DNA of 64,000 bases from positions 1,224,283 to 1,288,282 of the forward strand of contig NMRA01000044.1 of assembly GCA_002633005.1 (NCBI GenBank), written 5' to 3'. How positions within the stretch are numbered: position 1 is the first letter of the stretch; every line of letters starts with the position of its first letter. A program made the translations under genes and the position numbers. Origin of the DNA: Phoronis australis (taxonomy: Eukaryota > Animalia > Phoronida). A model generated the notes under the pieces. That model made no database searches. It had not been told where the DNA came from and saw only the letters and a program-made list of their open reading frames with translations. Positions 12,576-26,915 of this stretch are shown here, one piece after another.

Positions 12576-14523
12576 AGTCATAGGATACACTAGACATTAA
12601 AATTCTATGCAGTCAACGACTGATAACACGCCTTCGTAACAGAGCATGGCGAATTCGTTCCGACAACCTGACTTTTGAAAAGTAGTGTAGCATCATTAAA
12701 ACACACACTTCTAAGTAATGGCTACCCCCAAATTTTCTGGTTCCCGTACTCATGCTCCTGAGAACCAGCATATTGACCCAGGAGAGAAAAACTTCTTTAT
12801 CTAAATCCCGTTTATTAGTGATCCAAGCTACAAATTGAAAAGAGAGTTAAATCGTCTTGTAAAAATGTTTATCCAATCAACAAAATGACCTGAAGTGTAA
12901 ATCACCGTACTTGGATCGATTGTCGGGATTGCCCGCAGTTTTACGATGCCTTGACTACACGGCGTCTCAGTCAGCGCATAAGCGAATAAATAAAACATAC
13001 GATAGTAATGCCATCTATCGTCACTCGGTGACTGCTCAGCATCGTATCCTTTGTTATGAGAACAACTGAACACCCAATGTTTACATATCAAAGAATCCCT
13101 GCACGTTCTCCAATCAAGCATTTTTATCACTCAAGAACAATATAACGTCAACAAGACTACAGCTCTGGCCATGACTTCCGTTCCCCCGTTTACTTTACAT
13201 GTTTCCAATGTCTGGTGTCTCCTATCTTTCTGTCTGTAGGCACTGGTGGTGGTTTTAAGTTATAACCGAAACGTTTGTTTGTATATATTTATGTAAATAT
13301 GTTTATTAAAGCGTTCATCATCAACTTCCTGTTCACTATTTACCATAAAACGACCGGCTGTAAAATTTGATTGGTACACCGTTCACATGAGGGAGAAAAC
13401 ACCGGATTCTTTCTTAAAAAGACTCCTTTACAAATCATGCTTGTCTAAACAGGCATTTTGGGGGGGCTCTTTTACAACCACCAAAGCCGAACGTTAAACA
13501 TCGGCTTTTTGAAGTTGCTTGTGATTCTATGACATATTGTATTTTGGTTAAGACACTACCCAAGGAAAGTGAACAGCCAACCCCGCCGACCCCACACCCA
13601 TGGCAAAGGACTATTAAATATCAGTGGTCGTGATTTGACATGAGATTTTACGGTGGATAGAAATTCTTCAGTTCCGATATTTACTTCGTTAGCAAACTAC
13701 ACTGAACAGTATGTTTATCATGGAAACAAAAGATGTGAAAATATCCAGTCGTATTTCCTTACGTCTAATGCGCGTTTAGTTAAAATGTAACTAATAATAA
13801 CAAAGAGAATTTATTATAATGTACTGGATAGGCTACTCCTTAATAATGTCCTATTTAACTCCTGGTCATGCCGTAACTGAATATCATTTTCTGACCGGAA
13901 CGAGTAATGTGCGATTAGGTAAAAAAATTATCGTAAAGCGGTTAGTGTCTGTGAACCCCAAAACGCCTCCTCCGCCACATCTTATAATACGGATGCGTTG
14001 TTTTGTTTTCCCGCAATTCCTCGACAGTACAAACTGGCCAAAAACGATGACGCGCACAGTCCTGTTGCCACGAGGATTTTTTAATTCTGGCGTTTTGCTC
14101 TTGAAGTTGTTAGACATATAATTTGTTCATGGTTGAGTTTATGTTCCGGTCTGTTTCATCAGTATTTGTCTAATGTACGATCGATCAGAAACGTTAACAG
14201 TAACTGTACAACAACTTTGGTAACTGATCTTCAGGGTGCACGTGTACTTTCGACATTCCTACCAACCAACTCGCTCGTTCCTCCGCAAAATACTTATAGC
14301 AGTCTTCAATTACCGCAGATACACAATGGACACGGAGTTCAATTCGCAGGTTTGTGGTGTTGGCCAGCGATCAAACTATAAATCAAAAGCGCTACGGTTG
14401 CATTTGTTTTCGTCACGCAACGACCAATTTGCATGCCGATGGGAATTATTTAGGAGAAATAGTCCAGAATAGTGGCAAGCGTGGGCTTTCCAATACCCAA
14501 GACAGGGGTACCGTAGAATCATA

Positions 14524-14881
14524 CGCAGGAGCATCGCATCTTACGCACGAACCACCTACGAACCTATGAAACATGCATACTAACCCATGAATCATGCATA
14601 CGAGCCCAAAAATCACACATACGAACAAAAATCATCTGCACAAACCACAAAAATCATACATACGAACACAAAATCAAACACACGAGCATCGAATGACACG
14701 CACGAACACTTTATCGTTTGGTGGTTCGTGTGTATAGTTCGGATGCTCGTACGTATGATTTGTGTTCGTATGAGTGATTTTTGTGGTACGTGCGCATGAC
14801 TTTTGTTCGTATGCGCCATTTTGGGTTCGTATGCATGATTCATAGGTTCGTAGGTGGTGCGCATGATGCGATGCCCCTGCG
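14524..14881. mobile_element. Palindromic foldback MITE, TA-flanked
   Basis: TA|cgcaggagcatcgcatc ... gatgcgatgcccctgcg|TA. Arms built of ~20-bp catacgaac subrepeats, mirrored around ~14715. Confidence 0.85.
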
Positions 14882-17092
14882 TATGATTTGATGATACCCT
14901 CGGACAAATGCTGTCAAATAATACAATACCATAAGTCTTTTGTACACATTAGTTAGATTGATTAACGAACTTAGAAAGTCAAAATAAGTTGTAAACTTTC
15001 TCACCTTGCGACACTATAGTTTGCCTCTGAATTTCCAAAAGTGTGCTAAGCAAGTGATCCGCTTATAGACACTGGAAGACTATGAAAATGTCGTGCTAAA
15101 TTAGCGCTAGATGGCGTTTTGATGTTAGAACTCTTCTTGTTTGCGTAAAAACACCCCAGCTCGTGCAGAAACTAAATTGAAAGGAATTAATTAAATCCGA
15201 AATCATTAGATTATCAATTACATGTGGATAAGATTACTCTAACAAAGCTAAAAATACTAAAAGTCAATCGCTCGGACCCAATTTGTTCACGAACAAGTGC
15301 TTTAAAAGTGCAATCTACGTGATGAACAAGTATGTCATAGGGATTACTGAACAAAAACATTATGCTATTGCGCGGTATTCACGGTCATGCTGATTTTGAA
15401 ATCGATTATTCAAACTTTTCATTTTCTCTTCATTTTGGAGAACTTTTATTTCCAAAGGCCAATTGCTACATGCACACACTCTTATCAATGAAATAAAAGT
15501 TTCATGAGGCGAATAAACACCCATCTCATCGCTGGACGTATGTACTTCATGTACTTCGAGTGCAACACGGCTCGAGAATTTAGGGACAGATGCACAATCG
15601 ATACAATAAATATCTATAGACACTGCTCCAGCAAGTACACTTCAAACACACACGAGGTGTCAATACCCTGTACCCTGCAACGGACGACTGGAAGTGGTAC
15701 TAATGACAAAAGAGAGAGTAGAAAGCAGTTCATCGCTCGTGTTACAAGGGTACCTTTCTGAAGTGCAAGATAGTCAATAGTACTCGCGAGTGAAAGCCAC
15801 TGCGATCACATCCCTCCCTATACCAAGAATCCAACAATTAAATTGTAATGCATAGGGTGTGTTCTTGAAGCTCTATTTACGAGTTCGGCGAGATCACGTA
15901 AGTCCGAATTATGCGACGTAGACATTGGCCTTATTACACCAATTTAAGGTCACGAGCATATGAAAAGTCACCAGAGATTCTTAAGTTTCAGTTCTTATCA
16001 AAACATTATTGTAAATCCGAGATGCTAACTTACTAATGGAAAGCACAAACATTGATTTTGAACTTTGCTATTTTGGCGGAGGCTATTTTTTCGCTTGACC
16101 TGTTCACAAGATCGTATAAAATTTACATTTCTAAACATTTATATCCGAGGGTACACTTCCCTCTACCGGAAATTGTGCTGCGTACAAGTCGTCGTAGGCG
16201 AAGGCAAGGGGCAGATACTTCCCAGATTTGAACATTTAGCATTAGAGGTAAACAGTGAAACACAATGACAGCGTTTGTCATTCACTCTTTTTAGGGAATT
16301 GACTGGGCATTTTTGGGGGTGAACCAATTTAAAATGCATGTCCTCTACAAACACTTGAAGACGGACAGTGTTCATTTGAAAATCCATTAGATTTCCAGTT
16401 GCTTAATACACTCTAGAAGACAATATTTGTTTGAAAGTGTACATCATTTAACATTAACGAGGTCCCTGACGGAGAAAGGTTAAGATGAGAACATCAACAG
16501 GGGCTCCAGGTCTTGAAGAGTAGGCACGGGGCAATTGCCTCTTTGCTCTCTGACACTGTCAAATATTCACGTGGCAAAATAGACGAAATTTTGGCAAAAA
16601 TCGTAAAACATTGTCATGAGTGCGAAACACTACGGTATTAAAACACGCGGACCAAACAACCAAAAATGTGAGACTGCATTAAGAAGATAGCTATGACTGG
16701 AATGAAGAAGATTGAAGTTTGGCATCACTTAAAGACCATTGTTTATGATCTAAAATATTTCCGAAGGTTGATATCGGCTAGAATGTCAATATTTTCGCCA
16801 AATAGTTTAAAAAACTATCGTATATGTTGAAGATCGTGAATAGGAATGCATTATCATTGAAGAGGGATTGCTCGTGCGCGCGAGTGTGTGACATTACCTG
16901 ATAAGGTGAGTTTTGCCTGATTTCAAGGTGCTTAACGTATTGAACTACAAAGATTTCGTCTATTTATGTATAAGCATAAGTATAAATCATTAACTGTAGC
17001 AGGGTACCACTGGAATGAACCAATATTTACGGTTGGAAACACGAATTAAGTCTGAATATTTCTTGGGTGAGGGTTCCAAGTCCTCCCGGGAT

Positions 17093-17271
17093 ATCATCAT
17101 CATCATTATCACTATTACTATCATTATTATAATCATCACTATTATCACTAGCATTTTCAGCATAATTATCATTATTATTGTTGTTGTTACGATTATCGTC
17201 ATCGTGGTCGTCTTCGTCGTTGTCGTCGTCATTCTGGTCATCTTCATCTTCATTTTTATTACATTATCGTC
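17093..17271. repeat. Compound trinucleotide microsatellite (ATC/ATT/GTT/GTC)
   Basis: Read directly from the sequence; explains the poly-I/poly-M ORFs at 16990-17399. Confidence 0.95.
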
Positions 17272-18492
17272 GCAACCGCGCCAGAAATATGAATGAACAC
17301 ACGGGAAAAATAGTTACAGAACTTGGGAATGAGTTTATTGATGAAAGCGTGTTTTTTAAACAAATCGGTGGCTTATTGTGCGTAGTTACGTTCAGGTGAA
17401 TTAAGAAGCCCATTACAGCCTATCTACTCGCATTTTTCAGCGGAACCCGCCGGGTGGTGTCGGGGGTGACCAGAGGGGATGTTTGCTAACTGTGTTGGGC
17501 GGTCAGTGAGCCATGAAGACTGTGACAGCTGTGTTGTTTCCATCCCTTGTACCCCTACCTGCTCCATGTGACGTCGTTCATCGAGATCAACCATCCATTT
17601 GTGTTAATTTCGAAAACATACAACAGATGTCACTCATAATCCAATGTCATCTACGCATTTCCATCTAAGTGGATATCAAATCATCGATTAAGCGACCGTA
17701 AACAGGGAACAGGTGGTTTTGAATTAATGATGACGCATGGGTATATGGTGAAAACAAAAAAAAATCTAAAAAAAACCTGCCTTCCTGGAAAGGCCTAATA
17801 ATGATACATTTAGTCTCTCCAAAAAGTTTAAGCTTTGCGTCCTTTTAAACTTGTACAACAACTTAAACGAGCAAGTGTTCCAATATCAACAAAAGTTATA
17901 AGGTCTTCCAAGTCTCATTTAAGTAATACATCTATTAATTTCAGAAATAGTCACATGTGTAAACCAGACTTACCATCAAAAAGGTCGCGAATCCTCTTAT
18001 AAAACAAGCCGCTGTGTTAACAGTGAATTGTTTCTCTTATCAAATAACACGCTCCATGCAGTTTAACCAATGATACCTTAAGGTACTACGCACCGCTAAT
18101 TTGATAAAGCCAAAGTCGTAAAAATCAATGAACTTAAGTTCACTGAAAATACTAACACACGGTATTAAAATTGAACAAATGATTTCACTTTAAAAACACG
18201 GATCAAAGCTAACGCTGCATGTGAGCACGAAACCTGTCAGGCGTACACACACGTAAATAAATATATACAGACACAAACGGGCAGAAAGTTCGTAGAACAG
18301 AATTTGGGTTAAACGTTGTACATTAACTTACGTTTCCTCTTCTGGTTGTAATGATCAATGAAGCAAGACAGTGCGTGAACTTCTCACGATGAAGTAGATC
18401 GATTCACGTAGTTCGTTGGCGATATTTACCAACGATTTTGTATTTTCGACAACAATGCTGGCGGGTCGAGTTCAATGCTCTAATTGAAAATA

Positions 18493-18737
18493 CATGGGCG
18501 CACCCACGGGGCGGGGGTCGGGGGGCTCGAACGAGCCCCCAATTTGGCGAATTGGGCAAAAAGGTCCGCCTCAATGAAACAAAAAGTCCGAGCAAAGAAG
18601 ACAAAAGTCCGCAACATCGATGCACAATTCGTAGGTCTGGCCCCGTTTTTTTTTAGTCCTCGTCGATATTTTTCCGTAGAAGGTCCGCGTACCGAAAAAT
18701 ACGAGCTCCTCACTATTTCAGGCCGAGTGTGCGCATG
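18493..18737. mobile_element. CATG-ended MITE with perfect 5-bp TSD AAATA, nested in another MITE (18461-18816)
   Basis: AAATA|catgggcgcacc ... gtgtgcgcatg|AAATA. Flanks belong to the GGGTAGAGTTCA...TGAACTCTACCC family. Confidence 0.85.
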
Positions 18738-19007
18738 AAATATACAGTGATATCTCGTTGAATCTCTCGAGATACCGTTTTTCTAGAGAGACACTAGCGA
18801 TACTGAACTCTAACCTATCGAGATGGCGTCAGTTTTTAATTCTGTTGAGTGTTTCATTGAACGAGACGGTTAAATGAAACTAATTTGCATACGGTGTGGG
18901 ATCAAGAGTTATGCCTAAACGACATCTGGAAGTGGATTGTCTGTTGTGAATTTTGAAGTTGTATCTGCGAGCTCTTGCGAAGGTCATGTGAATAGCATAT
19001 AATCCAG

Positions 19008-19259
19008 GGGTTCGTTCCAAGAAACTGACTTAAGTTTATTTTTTACTTTTGTCTAAAACTTGACTCAATTTCCAAACTGTGAAACTTCCACATCAGGCAA
19101 GTTAGTCAAAATTAATAGAAGCCAAAATTTATACTAAAAAGCTTAAGTCAAACGTAAAGTCTCTTTCTTAAACGGATTTGAGACAAATTTAAGTTTTATC
19201 TTAAAATTGACTGAAAATTAAGATTTGTCTTAGCTAAATTAGTTTTCTTGGAACAGGCC
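19008..19259. mobile_element. PIF/Harbinger-like MITE
   Basis: CAG|gggttcgttccaagaaa ... ttttcttggaacaggcc|CAG; 3-bp CWG-type flanks and an AT-rich interior. Confidence 0.7.
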
Positions 19260-20032
19260 CAGGTACAAATTCATTATAAAACTTTTGATTTGCAAAACTT
19301 TCAAGACCTAGCAACTGTGGGGACAAATGACTTCTGACAGGGTGCATGGGGCTTTAAAAGAATTCGCCCTCCTGGCGGTAAGAAACGAGGCTAACTAGAC
19401 AATTAAAGGTAAGAAGTACGTTAGTGTCCTCTCCACCCTTCCGGCCACCATAGAAAAAGGTGTCAGATTGTGATTTGTTTATTAAACAACACACTTGTTG
19501 CATTATTAAAAAGTCAAACATTGAAAATTACAAATAGAAATTGAAACCCTAAAAAATGGGGTCTTTAAAAGTTCACGAAGTCAACCTAACGAGATTCAGT
19601 TGGAAATACATGAACGATGCTATTGTGGAGGTCAAATTCTTTTCGCACCTGACTAGATGAACAATCAAAGTGATCATTTTACTGCGACTTGATCAGCATG
19701 TCCCAAACGCTGCAGTGAGAGGAAAGCTTGGTAGAGTGACAAGTGAATTACATCTATTTCTAGGAATGCTATGCCCCGAACGTCTAACGATTGTTATTTG
19801 CGCATAGTTATGGAGTTGTTAGGGAGCAATACGGTGTAGGCAATGCCGCCTCAGTTATAAGTAAATTTTAACACAAACGTTGTGATCTTCATATCTAGAT
19901 TTGCAAAACAGTATATTATCTCAATCATTAAGGGTATATAAAATTGTTTAAAGTAATCTTGTTCAAAAATCCATATCATGTTCAGAAAAAAGCTCACTCA
20001 GAGTAGACTTCGCAAGGTATACGGCGCATTAT

Positions 20033-20185
20033 CAGTGACGGATGTAGGGGGCGGGGGGCCAAGGGGGCCATGCCCCCCTAAAATTCTTCCATACTCCATT
20101 TGGAAGTTCCGGGGTGCGTATGTCTGACGGGCAAAATCCTGGCTAATACTCTGCCCCCTAACTCAAAATCCTGGATCCGCCCCTG
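20033..20185 (+). mobile_element. CAGTGGCGGAT-type hAT MITE, copy A
   Basis: ATTAT|cagtgacggat ... atccgcccctg|ATTAC; homologous to copies at 38162 and 41275. Confidence 0.85.
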
Positions 20186-23100
20186 ATTACTTATTCATAG
20201 ATAAAAGGATACTAAACCCTGTTTTGATGATTTCCACCAATCCTCGTTCAATTACCTGCTAATGCATCATTGGTGTCAATCTTGCAAGGAATCAACTAAA
20301 AACTCGTATTCCCTATGTCAAATATTGAGGGGTATTATGGTCCTTAGTTGGTGGTCTTTTCACAGTGATGTGTAGGTCACGCTTGCCCGTTTAGCACACC
20401 GACTTTGAAAGAAGTTTTCAGATTTTCCTCCAGATTCAGGGTTTGTCAACTGTTACTGAGCATTATTTTGTTTCAAAGACGTGGATGGGAAAGTCGTTTA
20501 GTATCTATAAATAGGACAAAAGTGGACAACAGAGGGTTTAGTATCTTTTTAAGGGAACGTTAAGTGGTCTTCGGACTATTGAGAGGGGATGTTATGTTCC
20601 TGCTGAATTACGTTTGTGGAAAGGTGGAATTAGAAATTTATTTTCTCGAATGTAATCTATATTCAGATTTACTTGTGCAACTTTCACCTAAATTTGATAA
20701 GGTGGACGAAATAGTATTCAGGAATTCACGTTACTCAATCCCTAGAAGATTGTAAAACATTAATGCTAAGATATGAGATCTTTAAAATTAATTTTGGCTT
20801 AGATATTTAGTAGTCTCTCTATATATTATGCTGTATCTGTTTGTAATGTGGGCCGGAGGCCTGTTACATGAAATAAAGTCAATCATATTATCTTGTATCG
20901 TGTCAAATTAGCTATTATAATAGTGGTTGCGTTTTGTACAAAATAGTTGTAAAGCGACCACTCTTAAGTGCTTTTGAGGTATTTTTTATCTTTAATAAGA
21001 TGATTTGCGTCTCACATTTCTATACAGTGTACTGTACAATCAGTAATGGGCACAAATCAATCAGACCCCTTGTACTGATAATGGCAAATCATTAGAACAT
21101 ATCGAGAACATAATATACGTAAATGATCAAAGAGACTCAGATATTGCCAACTCGTGTTATTCAATCCACTTAGGCCACACCTTGCCGGGTGAAATCGACC
21201 CACACTGAGAATCCTCAGTGGGAGGTAACAGACATTTTATTCACGAATACAAATAAAACATTACAACCGTTACTGCCCGTTGCGAGTGCGTCTGGGCTCT
21301 TTTGCGTTGACACAAGAATTCCGTGACAAATGCTAAGGGTGTGCTGGTAATACTTAACGATATCTCGCGCAGTCTTTCGTAATCTTGCGTTTTCGAGAGG
21401 TTCCCTCGTCTGCGGATCGCGCACTAGGACACATTTTGTCATAGGAATATCCGATCCTCGTAGATGATTGGTCCTTACGCCTTGGTCAGATATCGGGAGA
21501 TGCAAGGTTGATCCTGCCTACTGAGTTTCATCCTGAAGACTAGAAGAATCGGGCGATTTTTATCAGATCTGTAGTAGAATTTGGTGGTTTTTGATCCCGA
21601 CACCTGAGCGGCGCTTATCACTATGATCTCCCAATAATCGCCTGATTGCAGGCAGATATGACCATTTTATTTCCGCAAACTCATCGAATCCGCGTCGGAA
21701 GTTTTACGAGATTCCTAACCCTTTAGTATCACGACATACTAGGCTCGATTCATTTTGAAACGTTACAAAATGGAGTTCACCATACAACTTCAACCGGTTG
21801 AATGAAAGTCCCAATTGACTCAACTAAGTTCCTTAAAATCATCCGCACACGTGTATTATCGTTTGCTCACAAATGTTATACGGTGTTCTATTATTATATC
21901 TTTATTATGAACCTCTCTTTGACTAACGACAATTTGAAAACTGACATTAGAAAGGGTAATCAGTATTTGCACAAATGTGGTGAAAATATTAATAGAATCT
22001 AATGGAAATTTTAAAGAACCATTTTTCCTTAGTTTAAATTCTTAAATGAAGTACTTTGGGGTTTAAAAACATTACCATGCTTAACCAATCTTAGAGTGTT
22101 GCCGAATGAGTCGGCAGCTCAAGTCTCAGCCAATGTGTATACAAGTGACGTCTACGAATTCACAATTTTAGGGTTGTTTTTTGAATCGTTGATGGTTTCT
22201 ATGTTCCTTTTGTTAATTGAAATCAAGACTAGTTCTATCACGGCCAAGGAATATTATGATATCGGTTATGATCTTAATTGGCTTATTTCATTTTAAGCAG
22301 CAAGCGGAACTGGAGGTTTTAGTTTAGTTTTTGAATGGCCATCACGCGACACCAACTGCTTTACACAGATATAGATCCAAGTAATCTAGTTGCTATTAAA
22401 AACCTTTAGTACACAAAACTGAATTCGATGCCTCTTGGACCGTGGTATTGGGCTTTCAGTGGATACCTTAAACTTCCTGTTACATCGCAGTTGTTACTTG
22501 TTAAACCAAGTTATGCGCCCACATCTTGAGGGATATTGGAAGGTCAAGGCCTATTTAACACCAGGCTACCGGCATGTAAAGATGCTGTGACGCAGTGTTA
22601 AATCGATATTAAATTTCTGTACCTCTTTGGTTTCAAATGTTAACAGGTGCATTCTGGGCTGTCTTCACGCATAAATTTGGCGTGCTCCATCAGCATTTCC
22701 CACTTACTGTGTTAATATGGAAACGATAAAATAAGCTAACTAATCCTGAAAAACTGGATTCAATGACTTTCCTTGCCAGATAGCAATTGAGAAGGCACCT
22801 GCGAATAAAACGGCTCAATTATGGAATTATAATTTCTGTCTCCAAAGTTGGACCTATGAGCCCGTGTTGGAAAAAATTGCAAGTAATATGAACCTGTTTC
22901 TAAAAATCCCCCGTGCAGTGTCTTTTTTTAGCAGGCACTGCGCAAGCTTCACCAGAGACTATCGTTGACTTTACGCACGGCTAAAAATACAGGTGAGGAA
23001 TGCTAGATGTAGTTTGAATATATAACTAGAAGGCTTTCCTAGCATCTGACTCCGAAAAACAACCGTTCTTTTTGAAATATGAAACATTTCATTATTAATT

Positions 23101-23694
23101 TTTGTTTTAACTGGGTTATGTGTATGTTTTCATTGTGTATTTTCTAAATACAGCATCACGTTCCCACATTTGACTATGATGCAGTTTTATGTCACGCAAC
23201 ATTTGAACGCTTCCAATGGCAGTCACCAGGTGGCATGACTGGCTCGACCACCAGTTAACCTCGTTCCGGCCTCCAGCGCGCAGTCGAAAACACAGTTAAG
23301 ATTCTGAAGGTCACGTGAGTTGACTAGCCTGATAGATTTCCTTATTTTCACATACCTTTATTTGTTATTTTGTTATTATACCGTACGTGATGTATTATTT
23401 CAGGTAAAGTGTACAGGCTGATAAAGTTTGCATCAGTTCTTCAAGTGCATTTCCTACGAGCTACAACTAGAGCAGTTTACGCGGGATGTGAGCTTATAAA
23501 AGTGTTCCCTTTGCCGGGCGGGTATCAGCGCGGAATTATGGACATCTCAAACATTATTCACAAAAATTGGCCAAATTTACAATGTTCCGCAGATGTCTAG
23601 CAAAATACCTTATCTTCATTCTAGGTAACTTCAAATACGAAATATATTACGTGCAGCGAAAAAAGATTTAGAAGAAAAACCTTATAACCCCACA

Positions 23695-23925
23695 AAGGCG
23701 TGGAAATTTGTTAACTACTTTTCCGAGGTCAAAGGTTACGGGGCTGTCACTCAAAACGAATCTCTCGTCAGGCACAGACCAGCTCGGTTTGCCGTATCCT
23801 CAGTCCTTTAATTCACCGAGTCGCCATAATATTGCTTCAAAGACGCGTACATATGATAGAAAGATACCAGGGTAAAATGAAGACAAAACCTAGATTTGAC
23901 CCTGAAGGAGTTGTGTGTCTGCATG
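23695..23925 (-). repeat. Dispersed repeat fragment homologous to 61950-62165 (+)
   Basis: Reverse complement shares atctttctatcatatgtac, tctgtgcctg, gagattcg.tttgagtgacagc, aagtagt.aacaaatttc with the ATM-intron copy. Confidence 0.75.
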
Positions 23926-24128
23926 TATACGACCGTTGAGAACGAATGCTATACGAGTAGCCTCACGCCTCAAGTTGGGAAAAGAGATAAGTCCTCTCCC
24001 AAATTCCTTAATTTGGGTAATTTGACATTTCGCTGTTTTGATCTCGTGGTCACGAAGTGCTTTAACCACTGACTCGATTTCTGTACCCATTCCGAACTTG
24101 GGTTTCATATCAGTTTCCCAGCGTGTGC

Positions 24129-24219
24129 TGACCTACTTTAAAATGGACCACAATGCATCGGCTTGACCCACTTAATATGTTGGCTCCGCCCGTGACCTAG
24201 TCCGCCAGTGACCTAGTTG
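24129..24219 (-). promoter_or_regulatory. Cluster of four co-oriented ROR/REV-ERB-type extended half-sites with a GC box
   Basis: Minus strand: AAAGTAGGTCA (24139-24129), TAAGTGGGTCA (24174-24164), GGACTAGGTCA (24203-24193), CAACTAGGTCA (24219-24209); GGGCGGAGCC at 24191-24182. Confidence 0.5.
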
Positions 24220-26682
24220 GAATCGACTTGGCTGATTAAACGTTTTATGATAATTATGTACGGAAAATTCAGATGACATAGCGCGTGAATGATGAAATAA
24301 TGAACGTGGCTAAGGGGTGTATAGGTTATATTAACCGAAAACAATTTTCACCAAATAATTAACCAAAAATCTTGAGACTCTCGCGACTTAATCGACTTTT
24401 TCTCGGCTTCGGCAAATCGACTTAATTTGAACTTAGAAACACGAGTTCTCGAAAACGGCTCGGTGGATTTCGCTGAAACTTTCCAAACTATTCATCAATC
24501 TCAAAAACGATCTTAGGATTTTCGATATATGCCTAGTTTTTGCGTAATGTAACAAAAGACGAATACCACTGCTATTTTTTATAAAAATACCTTACCTTTT
24601 GCGAGTTGATTCGTCTTAAAAACCAAATGAAAAGACACCGTTTTTGAGGTAACTGGTGATTTTTCATTTTAAAAAGTTTTCATTACAATCGACAGGGTGT
24701 TAAAGTAAGATAATAGTACATAAATATGAAAAACTGGGTAATAAATAGACTATTATTGTGATGAGACGACTAACTGTGCCCATTTTGTTGTTGGGGGAGG
24801 TCAGCTAAGTTAATTGACGCCATTTTACGACAAATCATGTCCCAGAAGAGATCGGATCCTTCTGGTCTCTGCTATAGGGACTAGTTTATCACAAGTCAGT
24901 TCACCACTGAAAGACTGCCAAGAACATGTCGTGAAAATTGACGACATTCCGTGAAAAGTAGTTCAGCAAGCAACCGACTGATAGAGAATGGCCAATTTAA
25001 AAGTAACTACATAAAGCAGCAGAAATGAAGCCCAGTTACCAAAAGCATTAATGCCCAATTGGCATTGATTTTTGGTACCTGACATTATAAGCATACTTTT
25101 TTCGTCTGAAAGAAAGACAACTCTGAGAGGATAGCAACTAGACAATACACGCCCGTGTTGGCTTACGAAGTAAATGCATCCACTGGACATGAGTTTGGGG
25201 CTTTATCCATCCTATTCAAGATTGCAGTCTCCCGTGGGAGGCTTTAATTACTATTATAGCTCCATACAAAGCCCAGGTAAGGCACAACAGTATACATACC
25301 CCTTTTACTGAAACAATGTTACCAAACTAGCACGTTTTCAATTATGCACGACCGCTCTGTAGAAATGTGTTTATTTAGCTTATGTTGATATTTGATTTTG
25401 CTGAAGGCAGATTTCTAAATACCTGTTACGGTATTTTTAACCTCGGTGAAATTGACAATGAAAACTTTGACAAGTAAAGTTCATATTTATATAGTTTCAC
25501 CTCAGTGATATGACCTACAGTCAACATGACTTTAATTCCGTTCCTCTAAATATTTCATGAGCAGAGTGGACGCTAGCCCCGGAGTTCCATTGGGTTTGTG
25601 GTGGCAGACCAAAAATGATTCTCGCAAGTTCTACTTAACCAAACTCTGGCTGCGTTCCCGTAACTCAGGACATTTGCTAGAAAAGTCGCTTGATCACGTG
25701 TATGCCTCGAAGACTTGAGAAATTTTGTATCTTCGAGATTGTTTTGCATCTTCGGAAAGCACGCTTTCTAATTGTTTTCAATGGCGCTGTCACAGAGAGT
25801 ACGGATCGCTGGCACTGTCGTGCACGTGCGCATGGAAGGTCCGTCTTCTGTTTTTTACTGTTACATATAACTTTTGATTGATGGTACCATTATAACACTG
25901 CCGACACAACGATATTAACGATGTAAGCATGACTTCGATCACAATGCAAAACAGGCTTAATGTCATTTGAAATTTCGAGGTCAAATCTCAAAAGGTAGCA
26001 AAAATTAGTTTTATTCTGCTTTCAAGTACCAGGATGTAAAAAGTTCAATGACGGTGAACAGCAAAAACAAATAAGGTTGTAAACAAGGAAACATAATCTA
26101 TACGCGCTAAAACAAAGAGCAACAATCCGATCTTCTTAAATCAACTTAACGTTATCTCCCTTGTGACTTCAACAAAAGTAGTCACGCTAATGCGCCTAAT
26201 TACGGAACATACCATAATTGTTGATCGAAACACAGTCTGTTTGATCATTCATTTTACGATTACTCCATGAATATGCAAATCCCTCAATGCCCGAAGGCAC
26301 AGTACTAGACTTCTACGACTGTAGGAAAGCCTTACACTTAATGGGAAAGACAACATAAGTTGGATCGCTTGTAAATTTCACTGGTATGTAAATGAATCAG
26401 TCAAACTCAGTAAGAGTAGATTTAAACATTATGTACATGCAGGTCATAATTAAGCGCCAGTTTTGTTTTTCGTCGACACGTAGACGCATCTTGTGAAAAC
26501 GGCAACAAAAAAGAAAAACAACTCCAGAGCGGAAAATTTTGAAAAACAAATCTTTCGCTGTACTCGTTGGGTCGAAGAAAATGTAATTTATGGTCCCGAC
26601 CAACAAAAAAATCGCGTCACAAGCTAAGTTTCCAGAGATAAAAAAGAGGCTTAGGTTGACTTCCAGTTTACCCGGCGGAATC

Positions 26683-26915
26683 AGATAGATAGATAGATAG
26701 ATAGGTAGATAGGTAGGTAGGTAGGTAGGTAGGTAGGTAGGTAGGTAGGTAGGTAGATAGATAGGAGAGAGAGAGGGGGGAGGGAGNNNNNNNNNNNNNN
26801 NNNNNNNNNNNNNNNNNNNNNNNNNNNNNNNNNNNNNNNNNNNNNNNNNNNNNNNNNNNNNNNNNNNNNNNNNNNNNNNNNNNNNNNNNNNNNNNNGAGA
26901 GAGAGAGAGAGAGAG
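26683..26915. repeat. (GATA)n(GGTA)n(GA)n microsatellite spanning an assembly gap
   Basis: Read directly; Ns at 26787-26896. Confidence 0.95.

Noticed and set aside
6790-15070. Minus-strand donor-like sites (cag|gtaact near 6793, aag|gtgaga near 15005) as first exons of a leftward gene
   Set aside because: Isolated splice-like motifs are expected by chance, and no linked coding exon was found.
16990-17399. Very hydrophobic poly-Ile/Met ORFs
   Set aside because: Translation of an ATC/ATT microsatellite.
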